Below are positions 38,031-52,113 of a DNA stretch of 64,000 nucleotides, piece after piece (position 1 is the first letter of the stretch; each line of letters starts with the position of its first letter). The translations under genes were made by a program, and so were the position numbers. Source of the stretch: Macrostomum lignano (Eukaryota); the NCBI GenBank assembly GCA_002269645.1, contig NIVC01001190.1, positions 248,001-312,000 of the forward strand, written 5' to 3'. Below the pieces are notes generated by a model. It had not been told where the DNA came from and did not search any database. It saw nothing but the letters and a program-made list of their open reading frames with translations.

Positions 38031-39319
38031 TTTCTGTGGAGAGAACGCGAGATTTTTACCCAATAAAAAACTTTTTTATTCAGCGAGTAGACCCGCTACT
38101 GTTTGGGAAAACCTTCAAGCCTAAATTTCAACGAAAGCGTTTTAAAGGCCCAGAAAATGTGGCTCACTTATGCTACGACAAGTAAACAAACAGTTTTCAC
38201 TGTTCAATTTAGCACGCGATTTTTTCGGAGCCTGAGCCGCAACACAGGAAGCTCAAATCAATGGAATTGGTCAGCTGATGCAGCCGCTCAAACAAGGAAG
38301 TGGAAAAATAATTAACGAGCCACTCAGGACGCGAGGTCAAACGAACCGACAGAAGAAAGTGAGGGTCTCCTTTGATGCCCCTTAGCACCGAGTTCTTCTC
38401 TGGCGCTTAAAACCTCTCTTTGAGGCTGCTCCGGACACAGCGGGGCGGAAGAGCCGAAGTAGAAGCAGCGGTTGCAGCAGGTCTGAAGCAATTTTATAGG
38501 TTCTGAGTCTTGAAAAGATTTCAAGAACGAAAGAAACTTATAGAGAAGCACAGATGATTGTATTGAAAAAGCGCTCTGATCTATATATTCAGTATTTGGA
38601 GAAATTTATTTTTCATTAGCAACTAGCGATCACTTCTGATCGCTAAACAGCTGATTGCTAAACATACAAGCGCACCAATACTGTAGGCAGTCACGCACTC
38701 ATACAAACGCTCACACGGGATGTAAAGCTGCCTTGAATTTCTATAATTGTTAGTCTCAATAGCTTGCACCCGAATCGTGAGACGAAACTCGAAAATCATG
38801 CATCTTAGACGACTATTTGCTTCTCACATAGAGAAACCGAAATTGAAGGCCAGCGAAGTCAGTCGGAGGAACTGGAAAAATCGAAGATCATTTTCTAATC
38901 TCCGCAGTCTCCAGGGTGCAGTCGGGCCGGGTGGCTTCAGAAGCAGTAACTTTCTAAGAATGAAAGCTCATCAACTTTGCTGGGCCAATTTTTCGAGTCA
39001 GGCAGCAGTGCAGGGACTTCATAGAAGTGCAAGCTCGAGTACCGGGGACTTTAGCGAAGAACAACTGAAAAAGAAATCAATTTACTGGGATTTTGGTTTA
39101 GCACCGTTGTTTGTGAGTTGATTGCTTTATTATTTGATTTTTCTTTACAAGAAAGAACGCTAGTGCAAAAATATTGAGTGCTGCTCTAAGAAAATGGAGA
39201 AAAAGATACATTAATTTGATGAAGATTACTTAAATTCTCGGCGAAAGTAACTCGTCAATGAACCTGAGGTGTTTCCAGTTGGTCACATCAAGTCTGATCA
39301 AGCGAGACGCTGAGGTGTT

Positions 39320-39575
39320 TGATGTGTGACTAACTTGAAGACACTGGAGGGTTTGATGTGTGACTAACTGGAAGACACTGGGTGTTTGATGTGTGACTAA
39401 CTGGAAGACACTGGGTGTTTGATGTGTGACTAACTGGAAGACACTGGGTGTTTGATGTGTGACTAACTGGAAGACACTGGGGTGTTTGATGTGTGACTAA
39501 CTGGAAGACACTGGGTGTTTGATGTGTGACTAACTTGAAGACACTGGAGGGTTTGATTTGTGACTAACTTGAAGG
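39320..39575 (+). repeat. 33-bp minisatellite GGGTGTTTGATGTGTGACTAACTGGAAGACACT
   Basis: About 7 tandem units. Confidence 0.95.
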
Positions 39576-39889
39576 CACTGAAGTGTTACATAAACTCGAA
39601 ATTTCGCATTTAATTCCAAACTATCTACTAAATAGTAGGTGATTTTGTAGGCACCTTTACAGACAGCTGTGGCACACTTTTTGCCTCCGACTTTGAATAA
39701 ACTCCCTGATTATTCAAACAAGCGGAGCATCAATGCAGACTCTGATGCAGAGGTGCGGCTGTTTAGCCTAATTGGATTTCTGCATTGGATTGGCTTGCAG
39801 AAATTTATTCCATAGGCTTACATAGCTAGGCTCTTTTTGCGGAAGCGATCGATTTGGAAAATACAGAAATTGTTTTTTTTTCAACCTAA

Positions 39890-40500
39890 TGTCCCTTTCT
39901 CATCGCTTGCTAGCGCTCCTTTCTCATCGCTTACTGACGCCCCTTTCTCATCGCTTACTGACGCCCATTTCTCATCGCTTGCTGGCATCGCTTCCTGGCG
40001 CTCCTTTCTCATCTCTTACTGACGCCCATTCTAATCGCTTACTGACGCCCCTTTCTCATCGCTTGCTGGCGCTCCTTTCTCATCGCTTACTGACGCCCCT
40101 TTCTCATCGCTTACTGATGCCCCTTTCTAATCTCTTACTGACGCCCCTTTCTCATCGCTTACTGACGCCCCTTTCTCATCGCTTACTGACGCCCCTTTCT
40201 CAACGCTTGCTGGCGCTTCTTTCTCATCTCTTACTGACGCCCTTTCTAATCGCTTACTGACGCCCCTTTCTCATCGCTTGCTGGCGCTCCTTTCTCATCG
40301 CTTACTGACGCCCCTTTCTAATCGCTTACTGACGCCCCTTTCTAATCGCTTACTGACGCCCCTTTCTAATCGCTTACTGACGCCCCTTTCTCATCGCTTG
40401 CTGGCGCCCCTTTCTCATCGCTTACTGACGGCCAGTTCTCATCGCTTATTGGTGCTTATTTCTAAGTTTCTTGGTGCCCCTTTTTCATCGCTTACTGGCG
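39890..40500 (+). repeat. 24-bp minisatellite CTTACTGACGCCCCTTTCTCATCG
   Basis: About 25 tandem units with variants. Confidence 0.95.
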
Positions 40501-40949
40501 CCTACGCTCGTATGTCAAATATAAACTGAAATTTATACACGAGCATGCAATTCCCTCTTCTTTATGTTTTCACAGTTGCTGATAAAATAATTCAAAAGCA
40601 TGCATCTGCTATTGCTTCTATCTACACTGCTAATCGGAACTCAATGCAGCAATTCTGTGTGCTGACTGCTTACTTCCAGCGCGTGCTGGATGTTGACCGA
40701 AGGTAACATTTTTATTAAAATCCTGTCCCTTGCAGAGAGATCTGACAAAATAAATAAATTAATTCACAGTCACAGCTACGTAAATACAGACGAGCTACGG
40801 CGCGCGCTGGGGACAGTGGAGTGACTGTCCTGAGGGTCATTTTGGCAACGGTTAAGTCACACAGTTCTTTAATACCATCGCACAAATCACATGTCTTCAA
40901 CGTTTTAATAAATTTTCACACCACTCTTATACTGATATACATCCTACAT

Positions 40950-41300
40950 CAGCGGTCGGCAGACTTTTATTCCAAGCGCTAGATAGAGAATCTAGCTCAT
41001 GACTGCGGGTCAGAGGGGGAAAGACAGGAGAGAGGAAAGAGAGAAGATAGAAGGAGGAGAGAGAGACGAGAGTAGATGGGAGAAAGGAGAGTAGAGGAAA
41101 TAAAGTAGAAGAGAGGACACGAGAGAAAAGGAGAGGAGGGAGGAGCGAGGAGAGACAATTGGGGAGAGGAGATAAGAGAGGAGAGAGAGAGGAGAGAAGG
41201 GAGAGAAGAGAGAAGAGATTGCAGTCTTGACGTCTCAAAGGACCCCGAGGACCGGATAGAGAGGCTTCGTGGCTCGCGGGCCGGAGTGTGCCGACCCCTG
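40950..41300. mobile_element. hAT-type (Charlie-like) MITE with GA-rich interior
   Basis: TIRs CAGCGGTCGGCA... and ...TGCCGACCCCTG; perfect 8-bp TSD TCCTACAT at 40942-40949 and 41301-41308. Confidence 0.9.
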
Positions 41301-42649
41301 TCCTACATACGCTCGGAAACAAGTAAATACACTATACATACGCACGTACAGATTTATGTTGATGATTAAATAGAATCCATTTGCTATTTGCTATTTAGCG
41401 GTTTAGTTGGAGCATATGGCGAATGGCTGGTTGGACAGGAAAAGGTCATGTCCTATATGGTACACCGGGCTGCTTGCGATGGATGATCGCCCACCTTCGG
41501 TCTGGGGATTTCTTAATAACTATATGGCGATTACCACAGTTCTCATGATTTGTATGCAATGACTGTGGAGAGAGTAAGTATCTACTGAATGCCACCTACA
41601 TATGCCACCTACATAACGGAGGGTTCCCGAATGGTGGAAAACAACTGCGCCCTTGCTGGAATGCCCCGGGAATTCGGCTATTTGCGGCATAAGGACACAA
41701 GTGGACGATGGACTCCCCATGGACAATGTCGGTATGAATAACATTGAGATTAAATGCTGCCTAATGAGCTTATCAAGCAGCAAGCAAGGATGATATTGTG
41801 CCTTCTATTTATTAATGAACTATATTTACAATTTGGTCTTGACCAATGAATTATTTAATATGTGAACGGAAAAATACAAGATGAACTTAAGCTTATCATA
41901 ATAATGTTGATTTTTCATCCTCTTTTTCAGTATGAACTACTTAATCTCTGGTTTTAAGGCGTCTTTTCCCCTCGATTCTCTTTCAAAAGATATATTTTCG
42001 TCTTCTACTGTATACTTGGGTCGCTTTCATAGGATTGAAATTTCATAACGCCGAAAGACACCTGCCTTCACAAGACCGAAACTTTCGGAGTGAAGCGAAC
42101 AGAAATGCTTCCTTGGCTGATCTCTGTAAAGCTGCAGGGACATGCACGACCCTCGCTCCTCATTTTAAGTTTCGTGAAGTTTGCTTCAAGGACGACAAAA
42201 TGAATGCCCGCAGCGTCAAAATCAGTGGTAACAACAGCGATTTCCAGAATAAAATAGAATTTTTCGCTTAGAATTCATGGGTTTGTCTCCCCACCATCCA
42301 TACTAGAAAACTCCGCTGACAAGGTGAGGGCAGGTAAGGTATATTGTACTTTTATGCCACTATTCAGCCAAAAACGCCCACGGACTAAAGACGTTTGCAG
42401 CACAGCTTCTTGGCAGCTGCATCCATGCTAGCAGGTTCTTTAATTGGCTTCCAGTGATGGCAACTGTCGGCTCCTAATTATTGAGAAGAAAGGGGAACTC
42501 TCCTCACTTCCTCAAGCATCCACTAAAGCAGGCGACAGAATATAGTATTGGACAGCTTGGGTTTGGCAGGTCTCTTTTAAACCGAAAAAAACTGAGGTGG
42601 CAAGCTGGACAATAGTCCTGCCTCACTGCTGCTTGCTTCTAGCTGCAAC

Positions 42650-43752
42650 ATGTCCACTTGTCTCATCACCGTTTTCGCGCTCTTGAGCTGCGGGTCTCCG
42701 ATTGCGGCTGCCGTCAGCTCAAAATCTGGTGGGTGCGATTGGAAATTTAATTGCAGAAGACCCAAACTGAACAAAAATAATAGAGTATGAAAAAATCATT
42801 ATCGTATTTCAGAGTTTTCTACTGAGGAGGTTTCGCAAACCACGACGGCTCCGATGACGTCACAGCCTGGTCGCAGCGCTGCGGACTGCGCGCTGAAATG
42901 CGAGCCCCCAGTTATGCCATACTGCTCCGCTTTCGCCTTTGTTCCTGAAAAGAAGATCTGCCTGCTCTCGGAACTGCGGAATGCGGAATTCGCGTCCGTG
43001 GCTCCCAGCGGCCCTGTCTATCGAAAGAAGAGCGACAGTGAGTTTTTGGGCCAGGCGAGATATATGAGATGGAATTTAATATTAGCCCGCGTTCATCGTT
43101 TTTATTCTTTTAGAAAAGCTAGTCCAAATCAGCGGTCAATTATTCCAAGTGATCCAGCACAGATCGAAGGGCGAGCTCAGCTTTGCTCGCGGCTGGACTG
43201 AGTATGAGAACGGCTTTGAAGACGACACGGACTTCTGGATTGGTGAGGAGCGCATAAAATAGCTCGTAATTCTTTCGGACAGAATGCTTAGAGGGACAAA
43301 ATATGATATCAAATAAATTTTCAGGTCTCCGTAAAATGCACGAGCTGACCGGAAGCTCTCCGAAGCTTCTGCGAGTCGAGGCCGTCACCTGGTCAAATGA
43401 GCTGTACGTCTGCGAGTACTCCGGCTTCACGGTGGCCGATGCCAGCACGAACTACACCATGACTTACACTTCGTACCTGAGCGGCAGCTCCAACACGACC
43501 AGCAATTCGCTCGCTCATAACAATGGGATGCAGTTCTCCACCGTGGACCGAGACAATGATAAATATGGACCCGCCTGTTCCAGCGGCCGTGGAAACTCAG
43601 GTTGGTGGTTCCAAAGCTGTTCAAAGTCCAATCCGAACGGGATCTTTCACGACTCTGCTGTGAGCGGACATGCATACATGTATTGGTCAGGCGCTACCGC
43701 TGGAGGCCTAGTTGCCCTAAAGAGCATTCGACTGATGATCCATCTGGTCTGA
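42650..43752 (+). CDS. Secreted PAN-FReD protein, family 2 gene A; exons 42650-42728, 42813-43037, 43114-43242, 43325-43752
   Basis: Signal MSTCLITVFALLSCG; PAN DCALKC...YCSAFAFVPEKKICLL; FReD QVIQHR...FARGWTEYENGF...FWIG, GMQFSTVDRDND, GWWFQSC..SNPNG; all introns phase 1. Confidence 0.92.
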
Positions 43753-44159
43753 TGTCACGGGCATTGGATACACACTCAAGTGCAAAATTACTAAATGGAG
43801 TTCTCAGATAAGCTCTGTGATTCATTTGGGTACAAGAGTTAAGAAATGCACTGAAGATTTTTTCGCGAGGTTAATGTCGTGTTCAGATTTAACTTTTTAA
43901 GAAACTTGGAAATCTGTTAATTAACTTTAAATGAATAATTCAAACATTACTGATTGTCACTGATATCCAGCATAGCTGTGTCTGTTCGATGTTTCAACGA
44001 AAAATTGTCCATGAGTACTTAGAGAGAATACTTCAACTTTTTATGGTATTTTGTGGCTTATCACTAACTTTTTCTGCTGATTTCTAACTGATGTAGGAGT
44101 TGTGTCTCTTCAATTTTCTGACAATTCATACTTACATCTACAATAGAATCTACTGTCTC

Positions 44160-44732
44160 TAGGTGGGCACCCCTGCTGTCTCTTGGTGGACACCCCTGCT
44201 GTCTCTTGGTGGGCACCCCTGCTGTCTCTTGGTGGGCACCCCTGCTGTCTCTTGGTGGGCACCCCTGCTGTCTCTTGGTGGGCGCCCCTGCTGTCTCTTG
44301 GTGAGCGCCCCTGCTGTCTCTTGGTGGGCGCCCCTGCTGTCTCTTGGTGAGCGCCCCTGCTGTCTCTTGGTGGGCGCCCCTGCTGTCTCTTGGTGGACAT
44401 CCCTTCTGTCTCTTGGTGGACACCCCTACTGTCTTTTGGTGGACACCCCTACTGTCTCTTGGTGGACACCCCTTCTGTCTCTTGGTGGACACCCCTACTG
44501 TCTCTTGGTGGACACCCCTTCTGTCTCTTGGTGGACACCCCTACTGTCTCTTGGTGGACACCCCTACTGTCTCTTGGTGGACACCCCTACTGTCTCTTGG
44601 TGGACACCCCTACTGTCTCTTGGTGGACACCCCTACTGTCTCTTGGTGGACATCCCTTCTGTCTCTTGGTGGACACCCCTACTGTCTCTTGGTGGACACC
44701 CCTACTATCTCTTGGTGGATAACCCTACTGTC
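44160..44732 (+). repeat. 23-bp minisatellite CTGTCTCTTGGTGG(G/A)CACCCCT(G/A)
   Basis: About 25 tandem units with a polarity of variants along the array. Confidence 0.96.
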
Positions 44733-45727
44733 TATTAGACCCACATGAATAGAAGCCACAGATGCCACATTGAAGAGGTTGAAGGGTGCATAAGTTGAGC
44801 TCCTGTCTTTCGTGGAGCTTGTTTGACCTCCTGTAGTTTTCTAAATAGCGCAGTTTTTTCGGGGAGATTAAAAGAGGTTGTTGAAGCCCCCCCCATTTCC
44901 CCTTCTCCCTTTGATCGGTGCGAGCGTAGAAGTGATAAATTTTTACTTTCTTTTCTGCTTTGCTATCGTTAATTTTTTACGTCAACTTTCTTTTTTGTGT
45001 TCTATCGTGAAAATAAACAGGTATCTGCAGTTTTCTGTCTATTAGACAGCCGGTTTTTGTGACTTTGTGAATTTGTGACTTTGAGGCAATGAATGAATTA
45101 TTGACACACGTTCATCGAGTTGAATGATTTTGCACAGACTCAATAGGCTTTTAGGGATAGAACTCCTCATTAGGTGGAATTTCGTGCGTTTCAACACGCA
45201 AGGGCTGGTTGCAATTAGCAAAGCTCCATGACTTCTACAAGCTGATGAAGCGCTTAAATATGCTATGTGTAACAATGCCGCCACAAAACCCGGCAATGTG
45301 GAGCCTCCCATATTTTCAGTTTCGAGAGCTGCAGTTAGCGACGCTAGTTTAAGAAAAACCGGAAAACTGCATCCCAGATGCGCACACGCACTGCTGTACT
45401 GACAATGGGTTTGAAAAAGTCTTTACTGTTCAATGCGCCAACGCTCCGGTTAGACATAAGGCCCCAGAATCGATGAAACTTCCTTTAATTGGCTTCTATT
45501 CATTTGAAGCAGCTTGCGCGAAATTACCGTCCTTAAATGCAGCTGCGCCTTTGTTAATGAGGAGATTTTAGGAGGCCTGCTTTGGAAACGCATCGACTCA
45601 AGCAGTTCAATAGCAACAACAGGTGCTTTAGGGAGGTAAAAGCGTTGAGACAAAGCCAGCAACCAGAGACAGTCGGTTTTTAGGCGAGGCAACTAAAATC
45701 GAGCGGATTCATAACCTTGCCTGCAGC

Positions 45728-48700
45728 ATGTCCGCTTTTCTTGTCGCCGTTGCTGCGTGTCTAATCGACGGGACTCCGTTTTTGACTGGGGCTGGAGCAG
45801 AAGCCGGTAAGTTCCATTGTACATTATAGTTGACAGTTCAATATTTTTATCATTTTTACGCATATACTGAAGTATTAGCAATTCATGCCGTTTATTTTTT
45901 CTGAGCTCACTGCACGTATCCGATATGCTGTAGCGACGCCTAAAAGCTCCATCAACCCTGGGCCAGAAGAAAGTTCATTTCTACGTTTCAGTGTTTTCTA
46001 CCGACGAGATTTTGCAAACCACGACGGCTCCGATGACGTCACAGCCTGGACGCAGCGCTGTAGACTGCGCCTTTAAATGCGAGTTCTCGCCCGAAAGAGA
46101 CTGCTCCTCTGTCGTCTTTGTTCCTGAGACGAAGCTCTGCCTCCTTTCCGAGCTGCAGAATGCCGAATTCGCGGCTGTCGCTCCCACTGGTCTGGTCTAT
46201 CGAAAGAAACTGGACAGTAAGTTGAAGTTTATTCGACCTTATTGGAACAAACGACTTAAAATTATCAATAGATTGAGGCACTAGTACCTGCGAGCTCGTT
46301 GGTAACAAGGCTTTTTATTAGAGAATCTTCGGTTCGTTATTTTTAGAGGGGCCAATCCACATTGACGGCCGGACATTCCAAGTGATCCAGCACAGATCGA
46401 AGGGCGTGCTGAGCTTTGCTCGAGGCTGGACTCAGTATGAGGATGGCTTTGGAGACGATACGGACTTCTGGATTGGTGAGTGTCACGTTATTTGATGTTG
46501 GCCGTGACCCTTAAAAGGGCCGTTTTAGTCCCAAAATAAGTTGAAGTCAACTTAGGCGAAGTGAATGGTGTAGCGGAGCACTTGGCAATAAGGGCAGGAA
46601 ACTGCCGTAGTCGTTTTTATTATCAATATAAATAGTAAGTTTGGTTGTTACTGGCAAATAACAAACTATGGCTTTCTGGGCACTGGCGGCTGCAACAATG
46701 GTTTCTTTTTTGAAGATAAATTGGATGTGAGTTCAAGCGACAGACGAGTGATGTAATGGCGACGTAACGTGATGATCAATGGCAATGAGTACAGTGAAGG
46801 CAGTGAGACGTAGTAGGCAGGCAGATGAGCAGTGGCGAGGTTGGCGTCAGCCGTGGCGTGAGGTAAGGAGGCTCGAGGCAGCCAGACAGAGAGAAGGAAA
46901 ACACACACAAGGCCAAGGACAGACGGGGAGAGAGAGCGAGGGAGAGAGAGGAGAGTGGAGTGCCCGCCGCCAGGCGGGAGGGGGGGTTTAATAAAGGAGC
47001 GCAGAGGGGGGTAGCGCGAAGCACGAGTGGTTTTCATTGGCTGGCGAGAGAACTTAAAATTATCGATCGTGCCAATTTTATACGGTCGCGAGAGAGGATA
47101 GCAAAATATACAGTGAATTAGAAATTGCCACAAAATCGTTGGGCACTACTACAAGTAAACGTCGCAATAAACAAATGGAAAAGTTTAGTTGAAACGGTGA
47201 AACTGAAGGGTTGAAACTATAGAGAAACAGCAGTCCAACGGCCCTTTTCGGGACCACCTTAAACTGACAACGTCACAGTGAGCACTGAGTCACTCAAAAA
47301 GATGAGGCCAAGCGTCTTGTAATTTCATTTTGATTTTTTAATATCAGATTTTACTAAATGTAAAAAATTGAAAACTCTCTTTTAGTCTTTTTAGTGTTCA
47401 AAAATCGAAAACTAAAAAATCTTTAACTTGATCCTGTCGGTTTGTAACAGATTGCTCCACGAAATGAGCTCAAAATCAATATACGAGTATGCACGGAAAC
47501 TGTGATGCAATAAGGAACTTTAAAATTCAAAACAGTGTGCTCTATTTCGTCATATATGTTCTTAAAAAAATTAATATTGTAACGGAACTTTATGTCCGGC
47601 TCTCCTGTCTGTTTCTACGATCAAAGATGCTGGTGTCTTTCGTGCTGATTTTCTGAGCTGAGAGAGTGCGGAATAGTCAACGTAAATTACAATTTCGTGG
47701 CTGTCACTACCATATCACTCACTGTCGCACCTTTCCTAGATTACCTCTGGAGACAGTGAAGCAGCGAAATGTTAAAATTCCTCGGAATCAATTTGAAATC
47801 TGTTTTTGAACAGCAGTGGTAGGGTGGCTTACAGTAGTCCACGAAGTACTAAATTATGTTTACCTTCTCTTGTGTATCCGTCTAGTCTGAGGGAAAGTGG
47901 AATTTCCCGTAATTTCCCGAAGTAGCCTTTACTGTAGAAATCAGTTGTGATACCTTCAGTTGCAAGTGATACCTAATCGTCAATTATATGAGCAATTCAT
48001 ATCAAGAACAGTCAGCTCTGGTCTCAGAATGCCTCAGTATTTCTGTTAAAATGATGCAGAAGTATGTTCATGCTTGCGACATCATGATACGATGAGGAAT
48101 GCAAAAATAGTCTCACAATGCACAAGGTCTAAAAACGACCTCATATTCATATTAATAGTGAAACTTCCGCTAGATATCTTTTAAAGCATTTAGAGTTTCT
48201 GTTCCTTTTGAAATACTGAATCATTTTATTGTAACTGTAAGTAGTAAATTCGAATAGTTATTTAAAACAAGCTGCATGTAATAGCCAAGCAAACATATAG
48301 CTCGTATGGCCGATAACACTTAAAATTTTCAGGACTTCGCAAAATCCACGAGCTGACCGGAAGCTCGCCGAAGCTACTGCGAGTTGAAGCCGTCACCTGG
48401 TCGGATGAGCTGTACGTCTGCGAGTACTCCGGCTTCACGGTGGCCGATGCCAGCACGAACTACACCATGACCTACACTTCGTATCTGAGCGGCAGCTCCA
48501 ACACGACCAGCGACTCGCTTGCTGCCAACAAGGGGATGCAGTTCTCCACCATGGACCGCGACAACGACAACTATGGATCTTCTTGTTCCAACCGACGTGG
48601 AAATTCCGGTTTGTGGTATAATGGCTGCTCTAGGTCTAATCCCAACGGAGTTTATCGCTACTCAGCAGGGACTGATGAAGAATTCATGCACTGGGCAGGT

Positions 48701-48760
48701 GCTACATCTGAGAATTTTATCGCGCTAAAAAGTGTTCGCCTGATGCTCCAGTGGCCCTAA
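45728..48760 (+). CDS. Secreted PAN-FReD protein, family 2 gene B; exons 45728-45806, 45992-46216, 46347-46475, 48333-48760
   Basis: Exon sizes 79/225/129/428 match gene A; open frame; intron 3 enlarged to 1857 bp. Confidence 0.9.
46481..47277. mobile_element. Solo LTR (797 bp) in gene B intron 3
   Basis: TGT...ACA termini with imperfect inverted ends (AAAAGGGCCGTT / AACGGCCCTTTT); 5-bp TSD GTGAG at 46476-46480 and 47278-47282; TATAAAA and ATTAAA on the minus strand. Confidence 0.85.
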
Positions 48761-49359
48761 CTTTTTCAATGTTCAGTTTTGATGAATAAGTTTTGATTGA
48801 GAAACAGACTATCAAATTTTCACATCCAGACAGTTTCTATAAAAAACGGAGAAAAACTGAGTTATATATACACAATAATCTGCTGATCCCCATTAACTTT
48901 GAGAGCAAAACTCCTTCGTTCTTCGTAGCTTTTAAAGTACTCAATGAATTTTGATAATTTTGTGCGTTCAGCGCAAACAATGAATACAATTCTGACAAGC
49001 GGAATGAAAGCTTCATTGTGCCGCATATTTAGCATACCGCAATGCCTTTCTGCTTGCAGTTCCATATGGTCTCTCTGCCTCAAACTTCAATTATAACAAT
49101 GGGTGCCATGGGACTACTTGTATATGACAAATTGACATGCCAAATTATTGAAAATGCCTTAAGAATGGTATGCTTAGTCTTATTAAGAATATGGCTAAAA
49201 AATAAACAAAAAAATATAGACATACTGTATTCATCTAATCTCAATACATGTAGTGTAACTCTGTCTCACTCGGAGATCAATATTTCGGGCTAATTCCCTC
49301 CGTTCTCTCTGAAAAATGTACAAATTTCTCTTATATGAGAGAAGCTAAGCCGAGCCTGT

Positions 49360-49622
49360 CTAACTGGTAAACCTGCCTGTCTAACTGGTAAACCTTGCCT
49401 GTCTAACTGGTAAACCTGCCTGTCTAACTGGTAAACCAGCCTGTCTAACTGGTAAACCTGCCTGTCTAACTGGTAAACCAGCCTGTCTAACTGGTAAACC
49501 TGCCTGTCTAACTGGTAAACCAGCCTGTCTAACTGGTAAACCTGCCTGTCTAACTGTAAACCTGCCTGTCTAGCTGGTAAACCTGCCTGTCTAACTGGTA
49601 AACCAGCCTGTCTAACTGGTAA
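49360..49622 (+). repeat. 21-bp minisatellite CCTGTCTAACTGGTAAACCTG
   Basis: About 12 tandem units. Confidence 0.95.
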
Positions 49623-50452
49623 ATCTGCTGGCATTATAAATCCTCTGAATAAAGTTTTAGGCGCTAGTCCTCACTATTCAACTTGCTCAGCTTCGGTCAG
49701 GCAAGAGGCCACAGAAACGATAGATTTTCCCTTAATTGGCTTATGTTCATTTTGAGTAGATGTAGGGCAGAATTCCTATTTTTGAATGCAGCTTCGTCTT
49801 TGCTAAAAAAGTAATTTTGCATGTAGGTGGCCTGCCTTAGAAACACATCGACTCAAGCGCGGTTTGCTGTGCTGCAGAAAAAACAAATCACCAGTTCAAA
49901 CTCAATTGAAAGATCAGAATGCTTAAAGTTCAGATTTTACTTCAAAGGGTAACTGTTAAAATTAGGATACAACCTCACACATTTCTAATAAATAGGTTTA
50001 TATCGTTTGATTCAGTTCTTACAATTTGAGTTAGATATAATAGAGAATAATATTTTAAGGCTTAACCTAACACATTGTTAAAGTTCTTAGTGCTGAGGCA
50101 AATAAGCCCCATTGTCTAAAGATCTTGTCTAAAGCTAGAAATCAAGCAGCGTGCACCTTTCTAGAATTTTCTCCAGCTAAAAGCTGCTCGAATGCTTTTC
50201 GTGTGCACATGCTTAATTTGGCAATTTCTCGACAGTGCCGAGCTCCAGAAAGGGATGATGAAACTTGAGAAAGTTTCTCAAATCTGGTGCTTGCGTTTGA
50301 AGGGGAAAAAGAGGGATGGGGCAACAGGAGTGAAGCATCTGCGTATGCCGTCTTGTGAGTTATCTCCCGCCCACAAGGTAGCTACTACAATCAGAAGATC
50401 AAGTCGTTTGAGTCTGTAAAACATCTGGTTAATGGGCAAACTGAATCAAGCC

Positions 50453-51322
50453 CAGGCGCCTCGCCACCGGGGGGGGGATGGAACAGGGGAGACATGCCCC
50501 CCCCCCAGTAAAAGCTCTGGGGGGACATGCCAATTCTTTGTCCCCCCCACCCCACCTTGCGACTCGTCAAAAATAAATAATTTTTCTTCAGGGCGTCAAA
50601 ATATAGCGCCTTCGGCGCTAAAATGAGTGCCTGCGGCGCCAAAATGAGTGCCTGCGGCGCCAAAATGAGTGCCTGCGGCGCTAATAGGAATGCCTGCGGC
50701 GCCAAAATGAGTGCCTGCGGCGCCAAAATGAGTGCCTGCGGCGCCAAAATGAGTGCCTGCGGCGCCAAAATGAGTGCCTGCGGCGCTAATAGGAATGCCT
50801 GCGGCGCCAAAATGAGTGCCTGCGGCGCCAAAATGTGTGCCTGCGGTGCCAAAATGAGTGCCTGCGGCGCTAATAGGAATGCCTGCGGCGCCAAAATGAG
50901 TGCCTGCGGCGCCAAAATGAGTGCCTGCGGCGCCAAAATGAGTGCCTGCGGCGCTAATAGGAATGCCTGCGGCGCCAAAATGAGTGCCTGCGGCGCCAAA
51001 ATGAGTGCCTGCGGCGCCAAAATGAGTGCCTGCGGCGCCAAAATGAGTGCCTGCGGCGCTAATAGGAATGCCTGCGGCGCCAAAATGAGTGCCTGCGGCG
51101 CCAAAATGTGTGCCTGCGGTGCCAAAATGTGTGCCTGCGGCGACAAAATAAGTGCCGGCGGCGCCAAAATGAGTGCCTGCGGCGCCAAAATGAGTGCCTG
51201 CGGCGCCAAAATGAGTGCTGACAACACGATTCTCAAAATAATAGAAATGTACTAATTTAGTCATGTACATGTTGAATTCTTGACTTCGTCACCCCACCAT
51301 AAAGGCAATGGCGACGTCCCTG
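50453..51322 (+). mobile_element. hAT-type MITE (870 bp) carrying an internal 21-bp array GCCTGCGGCGCCAAAATGAGT
   Basis: Imperfect TIRs CAGGCGCCTCGCCA / TGGCGACGTCCCTG; perfect 8-bp TSD ATCAAGCC at 50445-50452 and 51323-51330. Confidence 0.9.
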
Positions 51323-52022
51323 ATCAAGCCGTTTCAATTTTAAGAAAAAATCTGCGTTCTGTCTTCTGTTTTCAATCAAAGACTTTTTCGAAGCCTTCTT
51401 AGTCCAATATTGATAATAAACAACAGAATTTCAGTATCCTAGGACTTGAGTCTCAAAACTCGAGATAGAATTTTTGTATCATGAAATTTTATATTTTTGG
51501 GTACTGCTGCACCGTCCACATTATTTTTGTCTTGTCGATCTGAAGGTCTCCTGTGCTGAATCTCGCTCTTTGGGGGCAGGTAGTCGAGAAGTTATAGGAC
51601 TACCCGACCATCAGTAGTTGCAATTCCCTTCATTACTTGTTATCGACAGGGCAGCACAGAGACTTCTACAGATAAAAAACGGAAACGCACATTTTGAAAT
51701 TGATGCGAAAAAATGCATTTCTATTCTTACGTTTCACTGCTAGATTTGCATTGTTAATGCAATGCTATACATTTACCTTAATCGATGCAAGATTTCAAGG
51801 AAACTGGCTTGCTAGAAAAATGTCTAGAAAGGTACCGGTATAACTGCAGTGACTTCCGCTGCGCTAGAAGCTTTAGTTTAAAAAAAGTTGAGCGATAGAC
51901 AAGAATAGGGAAGTAACCAAGTCTCGTTGGAGACATTCATTCTGTTTACTCAACCCAGAATGAATTAAAAAAAAGAGTTAAAAAAGTCAGCAGCTGACTA
52001 TCTATATAAGATCGACAGCGAT

Positions 52023-52113
52023 AGGGACTGGCTGACGGAGCTGTCTGCCCCTCCATCAGGTGCTGAGCACTCAGCATGCAATGAATCCTCATTGCCGTTG
52101 CTGTCGCTCTCTG
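52023..52113 (+). pseudogene. Relic duplicate of the gene C 5' region and leader exon
   Basis: Aligns with about 52495-52585 (GGACTGGCTGAC...CCATCAGGTGC...ATTGCCGTTGCTGTCGCTCTCTG), but codon 3 is TGA. Confidence 0.8.

Noticed and set aside
38324-40710. Scattered exon-like pieces on the minus strand (MLPSVNIQHALE|GTAAG; FLRLTSLAFNFGFS; TCCNRCFY...)
   Set aside because: Could not join them into a phase-consistent gene or recognise a product.
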